Origin: an uncultured Alphaproteobacteria bacterium
GTDB lineage: Bacteria; Pseudomonadota; Alphaproteobacteria; Bin95
NCBI GenBank assembly: GCA_963974445.1
Contig: CAXBDI010000003.1
Span: 6,076 to 70,075, forward strand
DNA length: 64,000 nt
Direction of reading: 5' to 3'
Part shown: positions 28,070-41,392 of the stretch, one piece after another
How positions within the stretch are numbered: position 1 is the first letter of the stretch
Layout: each line of letters starts with the position of its first letter
Position numbers and translations under genes: made by a program
Notes under the pieces: generated by a model
The model's database searches: none
What the model saw: only the letters and a program-made list of their open reading frames with translations
What the model was told of the DNA's origin: nothing

Positions 28070-29893
28070 CTATTCCACTGTAACGCTTTTCGCCAGGTTG
28101 CGCGGCTGATCGACGTCCGTGCCCTTGGCAACCGCCGCGTGGTAGGAGAGCAGTTGCACCGGGATAGCGTAGAGGATCGGCGCCACGAACGGGTCGATAT
28201 CCGGCATTTCAATGGCGTGCACGGCGTGGGCGCCGACGCGGGCGATGCCTTTGCGGTCGGAAAACAGGATCGGCTTGCCGCCGCGTGCCACCACCTGCTC
28301 CAGATTCGAGGCGGTCTTGTCGAACAGGGCGTCGCTGGGCGCGATAAAGACCACCGGCACCGCATCGTCGATCAGCGCAATCGGCCCGTGCTTCATCTCG
28401 CCAGCGGCATAGCCTTCGGCGTGGATGTAGCTGATTTCCTTCAGCTTGAGCGCGCCTTCCAGCGCAATCGGATAGGAGGTGCCACGGCCCAGATACAGCA
28501 CGTCGCGGGCATCGGCGACCCATTGGGCGATTTCCCGAATACGCTCGTCGTGGTTCAGCACTTCGGCAATGCGGGCCGGCACCTCCAGCAGCGCCGAGGT
28601 CAGTTGCGCCGCCCGTTCGGCGCTGATACTGCCGCGGATCACGCCGGTGGCGATGGCGAGCGCCGCCAGCACGGTCAACTGCGTGGTGAACGCCTTGGTC
28701 GAGGCGACGCCGATCTCCGGCCCGGCGAGGGTGGGGAGGATCGCGTGGCTTTCGCGGGCAATCGCACTCTCCGTCACGTTGACGATGGAGATGATGGTCT
28801 GGCCCTGGCGCTTGGCGTAGCGCAGCGATTCCAGCGTATCGATCGTTTCGCCCGATTGGCTGATGCACATGGCGACGCCGTTTTCCGGCAGTGGCGCCTC
28901 GCGGTAGCGGAACTCGCTGGCGATATCGACGTCCGTCGGCACGCGGGCGATTTGCTCCAGCCAATACTTGCCGACCATTCCGGCATAATAGGCGGTGCCG
29001 CAGGCGTTGATGGTGAAGCGCGACACCTTGGCCAGATCGACCGGCAGGTCCGGCATTTGCACCGCGCGGGTTGAGGGGTTAAACAGGGCGCGCAGCGTAT
29101 CGCCGACTACCGTCGGCTGCTCGTAGATCTCCTTCAGCATGAAGTGGCGGTAGTTGCCTTTGCCGATCATCGCGCCGGAGATGGCGCTTTCCTTGATTTC
29201 GCGGGTTACAGCGTTGTTTTCGACGTCGTAAATCTGGGCCTTGCAGCCGCGGATGACGACCCAGTCGCCCTCGTCGAGATAGGTCAGGCGGCGGGTCAGC
29301 GGCGCCAGCGCCAGCGCGTCGGAGCCCAGATACATCTCGCCATCGCCATAGCCCAATGCCAGTGGGCTGCCTTGCCGCGCGCCAATCATCAGGTCGTGCT
29401 CGCCGGTAAAGACCATGGCGAGAGCGAACGCTCCCTCCACTTTCGCCAGCATCCGGCGCGTCGCCTCCATCGGGTCGGCGCCCTCGTTGAGCGAACGGGT
29501 CAGCAGGTGCGCGACGACCTCGGTGTCGGTTTCGGTGTCGAAGCGATGGCCGACTGCCTCCAACTCGTCGCGCAGTTCCTGGAAATTCTCGATAATGCCG
29601 TTGTGGACGACGGCGACCCGGTCGGTGGCGTGCGGGTGGGCGTTCGTCTCGGTCGGTGCACCATGGGTGGCCCAGCGGGTGTGGCCGATGCCGACAATGC
29701 CGCCGATCGGGCAGGATTCGACCAGGTTCGCCAAATTGACCAGCTTGCCCTCCGCCCGGCGCCGGTCGATATGGCCGCCGACCAATGTCGCGATTCCGGC
29801 CGAATCGTAGCCGCGATATTCCAGCCGCGTCAGCCCGTCCACCAGCAGTTCAGCTACAGGCCGCTGGCCGACGATTCCGATAATGCCGCACAT
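28070..29893 (-). CDS. glmS: Glutamine--fructose-6-phosphate aminotransferase
   Basis: Ntn MCGIIG start, two SIS domains, 607 aa. Confidence 0.92.
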   Translation of the reverse strand: MCGIIGIVGQRPVAELLVDGLTRLEYRGYDSAGIATLVGGHIDRRRAEGKLVNLANLVESCPIGGIVGIGHTRWATHGAPTETNAHPHATDRVAVVHNGIIENFQELRDELEAVGHRFDTETDTEVVAHLLTRSLNEGADPMEATRRMLAKVEGAFALAMVFTGEHDLMIGARQGSPLALGYGDGEMYLGSDALALAPLTRRLTYLDEGDWVVIRGCKAQIYDVENNAVTREIKESAISGAMIGKGNYRHFMLKEIYEQPTVVGDTLRALFNPSTRAVQMPDLPVDLAKVSRFTINACGTAYYAGMVGKYWLEQIARVPTDVDIASEFRYREAPLPENGVAMCISQSGETIDTLESLRYAKRQGQTIISIVNVTESAIARESHAILPTLAGPEIGVASTKAFTTQLTVLAALAIATGVIRGSISAERAAQLTSALLEVPARIAEVLNHDERIREIAQWVADARDVLYLGRGTSYPIALEGALKLKEISYIHAEGYAAGEMKHGPIALIDDAVPVVFIAPSDALFDKTASNLEQVVARGGKPILFSDRKGIARVGAHAVHAIEMPDIDPFVAPILYAIPVQLLSYHAAVAKGTDVDQPRNLAKSVTVE

Positions 29894-29950
29894 GGGTCTA
29901 TAGCTCCGTCGGTCGCAAAGGTCGGAAAAAAGGGAACGAGGGTCCGGTTG

Positions 29951-31309
29951 TCAGTCTGCGGCGCGGTCTTCTTTGGCTCGGCGCTTTCTGTCGCGGAAGC
30001 GGGTCGCCCAGCCGGGCCTGTGCTCCTGCCTGGTGCGCTCGATCGCCAGCGAGTCCGCCGCCACGTCGCGGGAAATGGCGCTGCCCGCCGCCGTCATCGC
30101 GCCTGCGCCGATGCTGACCGGCGCCACCAGAGACGTATTGGTGCCGATGAAGGCGCCGGCGCCGATGTCGGTGAAGTGCTTGGTGACACCGTCGAAATTA
30201 CACGTGATGGCGCCGGCGCCGATATTGGCGCCGGCGCCGACGCGGGCATCGCCGATATAGGATAGGTGGTTGATTTTCGCCCCGGCCTCGACCACCGATT
30301 TCTTGATCTCGACGAAATTGCCGAGATGCGCGCCGCAGCCGATATCGGCGCCGGGCCGCAGCCGCGCATAGGGGCCGAGGATCGCGCCGTCGGCGACCTT
30401 CGCGCCTTCGAAGTGGCAAAATCCCTTAATCTCGACGCCGTCACCGATGCTGACGCCGGGGCCGAAGACCGTGTGCGGGCCGACGAAGACATCGCGGCCA
30501 AAGACGGTATCGCAGCAGAGGTAGACGGTTTCCGGCATCGGCATGGTGACGCCGGCCAGCATCGCGGCCTCGCGCAGACGGCGCTGCAAGATCGCTTCGC
30601 CCGCGGCCAGTTCGACGCGGGAATTGATGCCGAGCAACTCCTCCTCCGAGCCCTCAACCACGGCGCACGCGGCGCCATCGGCGCGGGCGATGCCGACGAT
30701 GTCAGTCAGGTAGTACTCGCCCTTGGCGTTGTCGTTGCCGATCTGGCCAAGCCAGCCGAACAGGCGAGCGCCATCGACCAGCATGACCCCAGAATTGCAG
30801 AGCGGCGCGGCTTTCTCCGCCTCGGTTGCGTCTTTGAACTCAACGATCCGTTCCAGGCCGCCATCTGGTGCCTGGATCAGTCGGCCATAGGCGTTCGGCC
30901 CAGCCGGGCGCATGCCCAGCACGACAACCGCGGGTGCCGCATCGGAACGGCGGGCAGCCAGCATGGCTTGGAGGGTCTCAGTTGTGATCAGCGGCGTATC
31001 GCCGAACAGGATGAAGACGTCGCCGGCAAAGCCCTGCATGACCGGCGCGGCAGCCAGTGCGGCATGGCCCGTACCGAGCGCCTGTTCCTGAATGGCGGTT
31101 GCGTGCGGGGCGACGGCCGCGGCGACACTGTGCATAGTGGGGGCGACGACCACGCAGATGCGGGCTGGCGATAATTGCTCCACCAGGTCGGTGACGTGGC
31201 GAACCATCGGCTTGCCGCCGAGGCCATGCAGAACCTTCGGCAGGTTCGATTTCATCCGTGTGCCCTGGCCGGCGGCCAGTACGATGGCGCCAATCTGTGC
31301 GCTAGACAT
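29951..31309 (-). CDS. glmU: Bifunctional UDP-GlcNAc pyrophosphorylase / GlcN-1-P acetyltransferase
   Basis: LAAGQGTRM nucleotidyltransferase motif and a C-terminal hexapeptide-repeat domain. Start at 31309 (MSSAQ...). ATG 31327 is an alternative. Confidence 0.88.
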   Translation of the reverse strand: MSSAQIGAIVLAAGQGTRMKSNLPKVLHGLGGKPMVRHVTDLVEQLSPARICVVVAPTMHSVAAAVAPHATAIQEQALGTGHAALAAAPVMQGFAGDVFILFGDTPLITTETLQAMLAARRSDAAPAVVVLGMRPAGPNAYGRLIQAPDGGLERIVEFKDATEAEKAAPLCNSGVMLVDGARLFGWLGQIGNDNAKGEYYLTDIVGIARADGAACAVVEGSEEELLGINSRVELAAGEAILQRRLREAAMLAGVTMPMPETVYLCCDTVFGRDVFVGPHTVFGPGVSIGDGVEIKGFCHFEGAKVADGAILGPYARLRPGADIGCGAHLGNFVEIKKSVVEAGAKINHLSYIGDARVGAGANIGAGAITCNFDGVTKHFTDIGAGAFIGTNTSLVAPVSIGAGAMTAAGSAISRDVAADSLAIERTRQEHRPGWATRFRDRKRRAKEDRAAD

Positions 31310-31534
31310 CCCGATCATCCATATCAATCATCAACAAAGCCGTAACTGTAAACTCTCACACATATATACCAGAGGTGTTGCCTTTCGGCCCGTGATGCAT
31401 GTCACAAATCCCATTAAAAATGGTGATCGACGGATGCGCCGTCGCCATTCCGCTGGTGCGCCAATTGCGACCGGTACCAATGTGTGCCATTTGCATTAAC
31501 CTGAGGATACTCAATAATTGTTTCGAAAAGTTGC

Positions 31535-32206
31535 ATGCTTATGCGGCCTGATGCGCTAGTGTTCGATTTGGACGGAACTTTGATCGACAGCGCCGCGGAT
31601 CTGGCGCTGATCCTGAACCGTCTGTTGGCCGAACGGGGCCGGGCGGAGGTGTCGCCGGATTCGGTGCGCGGCATGATCGGCAACGGCATCGGCGCCTTGG
31701 TGGCGCGGGGCTTTGCGGCCACTGGTGCGCCGCTGGACGCCGCGACGCACGCCGCCGCTGCCCGCCGGTTTCTGGACCTATCCCTCGACCCCGCCCGGCC
31801 CCACCACGCCAAGCCGTATCCCGGTGTGATCGAGACGTTGACTGGGTTCGCGGCGCAGGCGATTCCGATGGGCGTCTGCACCAACAAGACGCAGGTCGCG
31901 ACGGAGATGGTTTTGCGCGAAGCCGGCCTTGCCGCGTTCTTCGATTCGGTCGTTGGCCATGACCGCGCGCCGATGCCGAAGCCCGCCCCGGCGCATGTGC
32001 TGGCCGTGTGCAGAGCGTTGGGTGATCCGCAAGCCGCGGTGATGATCGGCGACAGTGTCAACGATTTGCAGGCCGGCCAGGCGGCGGGCTTGAAGGTCGT
32101 GCTGGTGACCTACGGCTATGGCACGCCGCAGGCACTGGCCGCCGCTGACGCACGCATCGACCGTTTCGATGCGCTGCCGGTGGCGCTTGCCGGACTTGCG
32201 GCGTAG
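31535..32206 (+). CDS. gph: HAD-family phosphoglycolate phosphatase
   Basis: FDLDGTLIDS motif I, 223 aa. Confidence 0.75.
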   Translation: MLMRPDALVFDLDGTLIDSAADLALILNRLLAERGRAEVSPDSVRGMIGNGIGALVARGFAATGAPLDAATHAAAARRFLDLSLDPARPHHAKPYPGVIETLTGFAAQAIPMGVCTNKTQVATEMVLREAGLAAFFDSVVGHDRAPMPKPAPAHVLAVCRALGDPQAAVMIGDSVNDLQAGQAAGLKVVLVTYGYGTPQALAAADARIDRFDALPVALAGLAA

Positions 32207-32236
32207 CGTTAAGGAGCGCTCAAAAGGAGAAGCCGC

Positions 32237-32659
32237 ATGCGAACCGATCGGGACTGCGTATTCTGCAAGATCGTCCGGGGCGACTTGCCGTCGTTCAAGT
32301 TGTTCGAGAGCGACCGGGTCGTCTCCTTCATGGACATCAACCCCTACCACGACGGCCATTGCCTGGTCATCGTCAAGGATCACGCGCCGACGCTGCTGGA
32401 TGCCGAGCCCGCCGATTTGGCCGAGGCGGCGCAGGTGGCGCAGCGGGTTGCGGCCGCGGCGAGCCGTGCGGGGCTAGCGCCGGACGGCTTCAACATCGTG
32501 CAGGCGAACGGCGCGGCGGCCGGTCAGACCGTGTTTCACTATCACATGCACATCTTCCCGAGGCGCGCTGGCGATGACGCCAAGCTGAATTGGAGCCAGA
32601 CTCCCGGCGATTTCGAGCGGATCGAGGCGAACTGCAAGCGCATTCTGGCGGCGCTGTGA
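32237..32659 (+). CDS. HIT family hydrolase
   Basis: Histidine triad HYHMHIF. RBS AAGGAG. Confidence 0.85.
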   Translation: MRTDRDCVFCKIVRGDLPSFKLFESDRVVSFMDINPYHDGHCLVIVKDHAPTLLDAEPADLAEAAQVAQRVAAAASRAGLAPDGFNIVQANGAAAGQTVFHYHMHIFPRRAGDDAKLNWSQTPGDFERIEANCKRILAAL

Positions 32660-32804
32660 GTTAGAACCGCCTCAGCTCGCTCCCCCATTTGCCCTTCGAC
32701 GGGCTCGGGGCGAAGCGGGAGGCTGGGTGGAGAGCACAGCCCGCAAGATTTGCGCCGCGCGAGCCACCTCTTCCGCCGAAACGTCCAAGTGCGTGACGGC
32801 GCGG

Positions 32805-33578
32805 CTATTTCATTGGACGAGCCGATACCATGTGCACCAGCGCGGTGCCATAGCTGGTCTCGACCTGCACGCGAACCGGCAGCATCGGCAGACCTTCGCC
32901 CAATGTCTGCAGCCAGACCGTACCGGTGAGGCCTTTCCAGCGCTTGTCTTTCTTTTTGTAGCCGGCACGGCGGACGAAATCGAATTTGCACTTCAACGTG
33001 TCGCGGACGCCGGCGGGACCTTTGTATTTCTCGCTTCCAACTTGGGAGAAAACCGCATCGTAGCGGCGGCGCCCGTCGAACACCGGCAAGGTGGCGTCGC
33101 ATCGGTCGGTAGCAGTGGCGGTAAGGCCAAGACTGAGCACCGCGGTCATCGGATCGACCACGCCCCTCAGCATATCCGCAGGAATGGGCGAGCGGGTTTT
33201 TTCGGTCTTTGGGTCCGGTTTGGCGTCGACGATATCCACCGTCTCGGGCGTGAACGCCAATTCTATCCAATTGTTTTTCTTGCCATCGAAATTCTGGTTG
33301 CGATGGCGTTCGACCTGAGGTTTGGCGTCCAATCGACCGTTGGAGAAGGCTGTCTGATCGACCTTCATCAGCAATTCCAACGCGCCGGCGCTTTGCGCTT
33401 TGAAATCCATCGCATAGCGCCCATCGCCCCAATGCAGTTCGCCGTTGCCTTCGCCGACCTTGAAGCCACCGAAATAGGCATTGAAACCAAACCGGTAATC
33501 GAGCATGCCAGCGCTGAGGGCTGGTTGCGCCGCCAGCGATATCGCCGCAACGCAAATGCCGAACAGACGACGCTTCAT
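32805..33578 (-). CDS. DUF3108-like secreted protein
   Basis: Signal peptide MKRRLFGICVAAISLAAQPALSA. No catalytic motif. Confidence 0.5.
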   Translation of the reverse strand: MKRRLFGICVAAISLAAQPALSAGMLDYRFGFNAYFGGFKVGEGNGELHWGDGRYAMDFKAQSAGALELLMKVDQTAFSNGRLDAKPQVERHRNQNFDGKKNNWIELAFTPETVDIVDAKPDPKTEKTRSPIPADMLRGVVDPMTAVLSLGLTATATDRCDATLPVFDGRRRYDAVFSQVGSEKYKGPAGVRDTLKCKFDFVRRAGYKKKDKRWKGLTGTVWLQTLGEGLPMLPVRVQVETSYGTALVHMVSARPMK

Positions 33579-33647
33579 CGTTTCCCATCTCCAATACATC
33601 CGCTTGACGCGGCAGGCGGGCTTCGGTATCTACCGCCCTTCGTTTCC

Positions 33648-33722
33648 GGGCGCGTAGCTCAGCGGTAGAGCACCACGTTCACACCGTGGGGGTCCGTGGT
33701 TCGATCCCACGCGCGCCCACCA
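33648..33722 (+). tRNA. tRNA-Val (anticodon CAC)
   Basis: Hand-folded cloverleaf. Acceptor GGGCGCG/CGCGCCC, D-arm GCTC..GAGC, anticodon stem CCACG/CGTGG with loop TTCACAC, T-arm CGTGG-TTCGATC-CCACG, encoded CCA. Confidence 0.9.
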
Positions 33723-33857
33723 TCCGACCACTCAGTCCCGCTCAAATGGCCCTTCTCCCCGCCGATTGCCAGGGGGTGGGCAGCGCGACGCGCAGGATGG
33801 AACCCGGAAGCCGCGCCCTGGTATAGTCTGGCGGCATCTCGTATGCTGAAAGACTGA

Positions 33858-35372
33858 ATGCAATTCATCACCAAGCCAGCGACCGGGCCGTTCACGTCGA
33901 TCGAGCGGACGATCATCACCGTTCCGGTGCTGGCGGCGTCGCTATTGCATTCGATCAACATGTCCAGCGCCTATGTGGCGCTGCCGCAGATGCAGGGGAA
34001 CCTGTCGGCGACGCCGGACCAGATCGGCTGGGTGATCACCGCGTTCGTCGTCGCCACCGCGGTCGGCACGATTCTGACCGGATGGTTCAGCCAGAGATTT
34101 GGCCGCAAAGTCGTATTCCTGGCCGCGATTGCCGGCTTCACCATCACCTCGCTGATGTGCGCGTTTGCCGACGGCTTGACCGAGCTGGTGATCTACCGCG
34201 CGATGCAAGGTTTTATCTCGGCGCCGCTATTGCCGGTCGCGCAATCGATCATGCTGGACACCTACCCCCGGGAGCGGCACGGCTTTGCCATGTCGATCTG
34301 GTCGATGGGCATGATCCTGGGGCCAGTGGTCGCGCCGACTCTGGGTGCGTTTCTGACCGATGAGTATGGCTGGCGCTACCTGTTTTACATGAACATTCCT
34401 ATGGGAATATTGGCATTTTTTGGCATTCTGGCGACGCTGCCATCAGTGGAAAGCCGCAGCCAGCGCATGGATTGGATCGGCGTCGTGACATTGATTGTGG
34501 GGGTGTCCGCCCTGCAATTGGTGCTGGACCGGGGCGAGCGGCAGGGTTGGTTCACCTCGACGGAAATCGTGGCGGAGGCGGGGTTGGCGGCGCTCTGCCT
34601 CTATATCTTCGTCGCGCACTGCCTGACGGCGCGCAACCCATACCTGAATCTGGCGATGTTCAAAGATCGCAACTTCGTCATCGGGCTGCTGCTGATTTTC
34701 GCGTTCGGCGTCGCGGTCTTCGCCAGCCTGTTCATCCTGCCGCTGTTCATGCAGAACATCCAAGGCTATCCGGTGATGACGGCGGGCTGGGTGGTTTCGG
34801 CCCGTGGCGTCGGCACGATGATCGCGATGCTGAGCGGCGGCATTCTGGCCGACCGGTTCAGCGGCAAATACCTCATCCTGACCGGGTTGTTAACCGTCGC
34901 CGGCTCGAATGCCTGGATGACGACCTGGACGGCGGAGGTCTCGATGACCGAGATTGTCTACCTGACGGTGGTCAATGGCTTCGGCATGGGCATTATGTGG
35001 GTGTCGCTGGCGACGGTGACCTTCTCGACGCTGGATTCGCGGCTGCGGGTGGAGGCGGCGTCGCTGTTCGCACTGGTCCGCGCCATCGGCGCCTCAATGG
35101 GCACCAGCGCCATCGTCACAACGCTAACCCGCTCCTCGCAGACCAATTATGTTGAGTTGCGGGCCCAGATAAACCCGTTCAGCGAAGCGTTTCAGGGGTT
35201 GGGCGCGGCGCCCTGGAACCTGGAGACCGCGGTCGGGCTGGCGGCATTGCGCAACCTGGTCGCGGACGAGGCGCAAATGATCGCTTTCCTCAACGACTTC
35301 CGGCTGCTGGTCATCGTTGTCATCATCCCGATGCCGCTGGTCTTCCTGCTGCGGAAATCGGCGGCGAAGTAG
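33858..35372 (+). CDS. MFS transporter, DHA2 (EmrB/QacA-like, 14-TM) family
   Basis: 504 aa with multiple TM helices and the MFS motif GWFSQRFGRK. Confidence 0.75.
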   Translation: MQFITKPATGPFTSIERTIITVPVLAASLLHSINMSSAYVALPQMQGNLSATPDQIGWVITAFVVATAVGTILTGWFSQRFGRKVVFLAAIAGFTITSLMCAFADGLTELVIYRAMQGFISAPLLPVAQSIMLDTYPRERHGFAMSIWSMGMILGPVVAPTLGAFLTDEYGWRYLFYMNIPMGILAFFGILATLPSVESRSQRMDWIGVVTLIVGVSALQLVLDRGERQGWFTSTEIVAEAGLAALCLYIFVAHCLTARNPYLNLAMFKDRNFVIGLLLIFAFGVAVFASLFILPLFMQNIQGYPVMTAGWVVSARGVGTMIAMLSGGILADRFSGKYLILTGLLTVAGSNAWMTTWTAEVSMTEIVYLTVVNGFGMGIMWVSLATVTFSTLDSRLRVEAASLFALVRAIGASMGTSAIVTTLTRSSQTNYVELRAQINPFSEAFQGLGAAPWNLETAVGLAALRNLVADEAQMIAFLNDFRLLVIVVIIPMPLVFLLRKSAAK

Positions 35373-35402
35373 TATCGGGCTCAAGCAATCCGGCAGCCGA
35401 CT

Positions 35403-35723
35403 CTATTCGGCCATCACCTGCTTTTTGCCTTCCATCATCAGGTCGTCCATCTGCTTGCGCACCTGATGAGTGTTGATTTGGATGTTCTTGGCGTTCAGGT
35501 CACCCAGGACCTTCTCCAAGACGTCCTCGTCGCCCGGCTTGTCGAAGTCGGACTGCACGACCTCTTTCGCATACTCGCGCAGATCGTCGCCGGCCAGACC
35601 CATCAAACCGCCGGCCCATTCACCCAACAGCCGGTTCCGGCGCACGTTCACTTTGAACTGAAGCTCCTGATCGTGCTGGAATTTGGCCTCGAATTGTTTT
35701 TCGCGATCGTCGAATGTGCTCAT
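35403..35723 (-). CDS. DUF1476 protein, alphaproteobacterial F1-ATPase inhibitor zeta subunit
   Basis: 106 aa from ATG 35723 (MSTFDDREKQFEAKFQHDQELQFKV...), matching the zeta-subunit pattern. Confidence 0.65.
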   Translation of the reverse strand: MSTFDDREKQFEAKFQHDQELQFKVNVRRNRLLGEWAGGLMGLAGDDLREYAKEVVQSDFDKPGDEDVLEKVLGDLNAKNIQINTHQVRKQMDDLMMEGKKQVMAE

Positions 35724-35811
35724 GGAAGGCGGAACCCTTTGCCGGTTGTCTGTGTGCCATGCCATATAGTGGGCTTGCCCTCTCCGAGCAATGTGATCGT
35801 CGTCCCATTCC

Positions 35812-36555
35812 ATGTGTACCGTCGTCATCCTGCGCCGTCCTGGTCATGAATGGCCATTGCTGCTGGCCGCCAACCGGGACGAGATGCGCGGCCGCAGTTG
35901 GTCGCCGCCTGGCCGCCATTGGCCGGACCGCCCCGCCACCCGCGCCGGCCTGGATCATGAGGCCGGTGGCTCCTGGCTAGGCGTGAACGACCATGGCGTG
36001 GCGGTGGCGATCCTGAACCGCCGCGGCTCTCTCGGCGCGGCGGAGGGCAAACGCAGCCGGGGCGAGTTGGTATTGCGCGCGCTCGACGCCAAGTCGGCGC
36101 GAGCGGCGATGGACGACATCTGCCGCGTCGATGCTGGCGCCTACCGCAGCTTCAACATGGCGGTTGCCGACGCCGAAGACGGGTTCTGGCTGAAGGGCTT
36201 GGGCGAGGGCGATGTCACGGCGCAGCCATTGCCGGACGGCATCGGCATGCTCACCGCCTGGGACCTGAACGACACTTCTGCGTCGGAGCGGACGGCGTTC
36301 TACCTGCCGCAATTTCAAGCCGCGCCGCCGCCCGACCCGGCAACGGCCGATTGGAACGGTTGGCGCGAACTGTTGGAATCGCCCCGAACCGCCCCCGGCG
36401 TGCGCGACGCCAATGGCGCGATGACGGTGGATACCGAGTGGGGCTTCGGCACTGTCTCCCGCTCGCTGGTGGCCTTGCCGCGATGGGGAAAGCCGGTTTG
36501 GTTGTTCGCCAGTCTCTATCCAGAGGCGACCGGCTATGAGCCGGTGCCGGACTGA
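35812..36555 (+). CDS. NRDE family protein (DUF833 / TANGO2-like)
   Basis: N-terminal MCTVVILRR...LLLAANRDE motif. Confidence 0.75.
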   Translation: MCTVVILRRPGHEWPLLLAANRDEMRGRSWSPPGRHWPDRPATRAGLDHEAGGSWLGVNDHGVAVAILNRRGSLGAAEGKRSRGELVLRALDAKSARAAMDDICRVDAGAYRSFNMAVADAEDGFWLKGLGEGDVTAQPLPDGIGMLTAWDLNDTSASERTAFYLPQFQAAPPPDPATADWNGWRELLESPRTAPGVRDANGAMTVDTEWGFGTVSRSLVALPRWGKPVWLFASLYPEATGYEPVPD

Positions 36556-36667
36556 TCTTTGCGGCCCGGCAATGTCCATACTACAAGGTGACCGCATAGG
36601 TGGTGGCGTGCGGATGGAGGGCGTGGTAAGAGGGCGCTTCGAATTCTTTTTGCTCTAGGACAAACGC

Positions 36668-37501
36668 ATGGCCCGCCGCAGGCGCATTTATGAGGGCAAG
36701 GCCAAGATCCTGTATGAAGGTCCGGAACCCGGCACCCTGATCCAGTATTTCAAGGACGACGCCACCGCCTTCAACAATCAAAAGCACGATGTCATTACGG
36801 GCAAGGGCGTTCTCAACAATCGCATTTCCGAATACATCATGCAGCGCCTGCATGAAATCGGAATTCCGACGCACTTTATCAAACGGGTCAACATGCGCGA
36901 GCAATTGATTCGAGAGGTCGAGATCGTTCCGGTGGAAGTTGTAGTCCGCAATATTGCAGCGGGGACCTTCGCCAAGCGTTTTCAACAGGAAGAAGGCACG
37001 CCGTTGCCACGTTCGATCGTCGAATACTACTATAAGTCCGACGAGCTAGGCGATCCGCTGATTACCGAAGAGCATATTACGGCGTTCAATTGGGCAAGCC
37101 CGCCCGAGCTCGACGACATGTTCAATCTGGCGCTGCGCATCAACGACTATCTCTCCGGCCTGTTCATGGGCGCGGGGCTGAAACTGGTCGATTTCAAGGT
37201 CGAGTTTGGCAGGCTCTATACGGCCGAGGACGTGCGCATCGTGCTGGCGGATGAGATTTCGCCCGATTGCTGCCGCCTGTGGGACGTCAAGACCAACGAG
37301 ATCATGGACAAGGATCGCTTCCGCAAAGACCTGGGCGGGCTGCGCGAGGCCTATCAGGAGGTAGCGCGGCGTCTGGGAATCCTGCAGGAATTGGGTCCGG
37401 TCGACGTGACGACCTCTTCCGATTCCGATGCGCCGGACCCGAAATCCAGTCAAGGTTCGACCGACCCCGCCCCGTCCAACGACGACACGAAAACCGTTTA
37501 G
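36668..37501 (+). CDS. purC: Phosphoribosylaminoimidazole-succinocarboxamide synthase
   Basis: SAICAR synthetase pattern (YEGKAKILY). First gene of a conserved pur cluster. Confidence 0.9.
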   Translation: MARRRRIYEGKAKILYEGPEPGTLIQYFKDDATAFNNQKHDVITGKGVLNNRISEYIMQRLHEIGIPTHFIKRVNMREQLIREVEIVPVEVVVRNIAAGTFAKRFQQEEGTPLPRSIVEYYYKSDELGDPLITEEHITAFNWASPPELDDMFNLALRINDYLSGLFMGAGLKLVDFKVEFGRLYTAEDVRIVLADEISPDCCRLWDVKTNEIMDKDRFRKDLGGLREAYQEVARRLGILQELGPVDVTTSSDSDAPDPKSSQGSTDPAPSNDDTKTV

Positions 37502-37509
37502 GGCCGCCG

Positions 37510-37758
37510 ATGATCCGTGCAGAAGTTCGCGTCATGTTGAAATCCGGAGTGCTGGACCCGCAGGGGCAGGCCACTCGCAAGGCGCTGGCCCATCTGGGTT
37601 TCGGCGACGTGCAGTCGGTGCGCCAGGGCAAGCTGATCGTCCTGGACCTTAATACCGATGACCGCGACGCGGCGGCGGCGGAGGCGCGGGCGATGGCGCA
37701 GGAATTGCTGGCCAATCCGGTGATCGAGGATTTCTCGGTCGAGCTGGTGGACGCGTAG
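37510..37758 (+). CDS. purS: Phosphoribosylformylglycinamidine synthase subunit PurS
   Basis: 82 aa starting [19 protein letters not shown]. Lies between purC and purQ. Confidence 0.88.
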   Translation: MIRAEVRVMLKSGVLDPQGQATRKALAHLGFGDVQSVRQGKLIVLDLNTDDRDAAAAEARAMAQELLANPVIEDFSVELVDA

Positions 37759-37762
37759 GCCC

Positions 37763-38454
37763 ATGAGTTTGCGCGCGGGCGTGGTCGTTTTTCCTGGCTC
37801 GAACTGCGACAGGGACGGCGCCGTTGCTCTGGCCATGGTGGCCGGGCGCAGGCCGCAGATGATCTGGCATCAGGATACTGAACTGCCGCCGCTCGACCTG
37901 ATTTTTCTGCCCGGCGGCTTTTCCTATGGCGATTATCTGCGCTGCGGCGCTATCGCCGCCCACTCGCCGGTGATGCGGGAGGTGGTGGCGGCGGCGAACA
38001 AAGGCGTTGCCGTACTGGGCGTCTGCAACGGCTTTCATCTGCTGACCGAGAGCGGCCTGCTGCCGGGCGCGCTGATCCGCAATGCCAGCCTGAAATTCGT
38101 CTGCCGCAGCGTCGATCTTCGGGTTGAGCGGATGGGAACGCCGTTCACCACCCGCAATCGGTTGGGCCAAGTCCTCAATATGCCGATCGCGCATGGCGAC
38201 GGCAACTATGTCGCCGACGCCGATACTCTGGCGCAACTCCAGGATGAGGACCGGATCGCGTTTCGCTATTGTGCGCCCGATGGCGCGGAGAGTGACGCCG
38301 CAAATCCCAATGGTTCCGCCCTGAATATCGCCGGCATTTATAACGAAACCGGTCGGGTTCTGGGCATGATGCCGCATCCGGAGCGGGCTGTTGAGCCGGC
38401 GCTTGGCTCCAGCGATGGCCTCGCCCTGTTCCAATCGATTGCGGAGGTGCTGGC

Positions 38455-38458
<4 letters not shown>
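37763..38458 (+). CDS. purQ: Phosphoribosylformylglycinamidine synthase I (glutaminase)
   Basis: Class I glutamine amidotransferase (GVCNGF). Its stop overlaps the purL ATG. Confidence 0.9.
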
Positions 38459-40710
<2,252 letters not shown>

Positions 40711-40742
40711 GCCCAAAAATACTCTCCCGGAAGGATTTGCCC

Positions 40743-40982
40743 ATGCCGATGGCCGCCCACGACATCGAAACCCTGATCAAGGAAGCCTTCCCCGACGCCG
40801 AGGTCACGATCCAGGACCTGGCGGGGGACGGAGACCACTACGCCGCGCAAATCACCTCTGCGGCGTTCAAGGGTAAAAACCGCGTGCAGCAGCATCAATT
40901 GGTGTACAAAGCCCTGCGAGGCCGCATGGGCAATGAATTGCATGCTCTTGCATTGCAAACGTCTGTGCCCGATAACAGTTAA
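40743..40982 (+). CDS. bolA: BolA family protein
   Basis: 79 aa. BolA pattern (DLAGDGDHY...). Conserved partner of Grx4. Confidence 0.75.
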   Translation: MPMAAHDIETLIKEAFPDAEVTIQDLAGDGDHYAAQITSAAFKGKNRVQQHQLVYKALRGRMGNELHALALQTSVPDNS

Positions 40983-41020
40983 GAGTCATTCTCAGTCGCA
41001 TCTGCCCTTAGGAGGCCGCC

Positions 41021-41359
41021 ATGTCCAATCCCGCTCACGAGCAAATCCAAGCTGCCGTCGATAGCAACGACGTTATGCTGTTCATGAAGGGCACGCCGAT
41101 GTTCCCGCAGTGCGGCTTCTCCGCCGCCGTGGTGCAGGTGCTGAGCCACCTGGGCGCGCAGTTCAACAGCGTCAACGTGTTGGAAGACGCCGAACTGCGC
41201 CAGGGAATCAAGGAATTCTCAGCTTGGCCGACCATCCCGCAGCTCTACGTCAAGGGCGAGTTCGTCGGCGGCTGCGACATCATCCGCGAGATGTATGAGA
41301 GCGGCGAGTTGGAAAACTTGCTGAAAGAAAAAGGCATTACCACCGGCGCGCCGGCCTAG
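41021..41359 (+). CDS. grxD: Grx4-family monothiol glutaredoxin
   Basis: CGFS active-site motif, 112 aa. Confidence 0.9.
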   Translation: MSNPAHEQIQAAVDSNDVMLFMKGTPMFPQCGFSAAVVQVLSHLGAQFNSVNVLEDAELRQGIKEFSAWPTIPQLYVKGEFVGGCDIIREMYESGELENLLKEKGITTGAPA

Positions 41360-41392
41360 CGCCGACGCTCATGCGGTAACGGGGAGGTCGCC

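Noticed and set aside
29951-31327. glmU start at ATG 31327 (MIWMIGMSS...)
   Set aside because: ATG 31309 gives MSSAQIGAIVLAAGQGTRM, matching the usual short GlmU N-terminus. 31327 is kept only as an alternative.
31310-31534. glmS ribozyme or regulatory RNA upstream of the glmU-glmS operon
   Set aside because: No glmS-ribozyme core sequence or pseudoknot is apparent. That element belongs to Gram-positive glmS leaders, and the region is better explained as a divergent promoter for glmU and gph.
32680-32730. Possible sixth copy of the palindromic repeat (cccttcgacgggctcggggcgaagcggg)
   Set aside because: It has only a short GC palindrome and lacks the CTTGAC core and the catgccagagagcc/ggctctctggcatgg module.
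33600-33860. Integrative element at tRNA-Val
   Set aside because: No integrase, direct repeat of the tRNA 3' end, or compositional shift next to the tRNA. The flanking genes are ordinary chromosomal genes.
36556-36667. ZTP or purine riboswitch upstream of purC
   Set aside because: I could not find the ZTP pseudoknot consensus (e.g. CCGCCTGGGC) or purine-riboswitch junction motifs.
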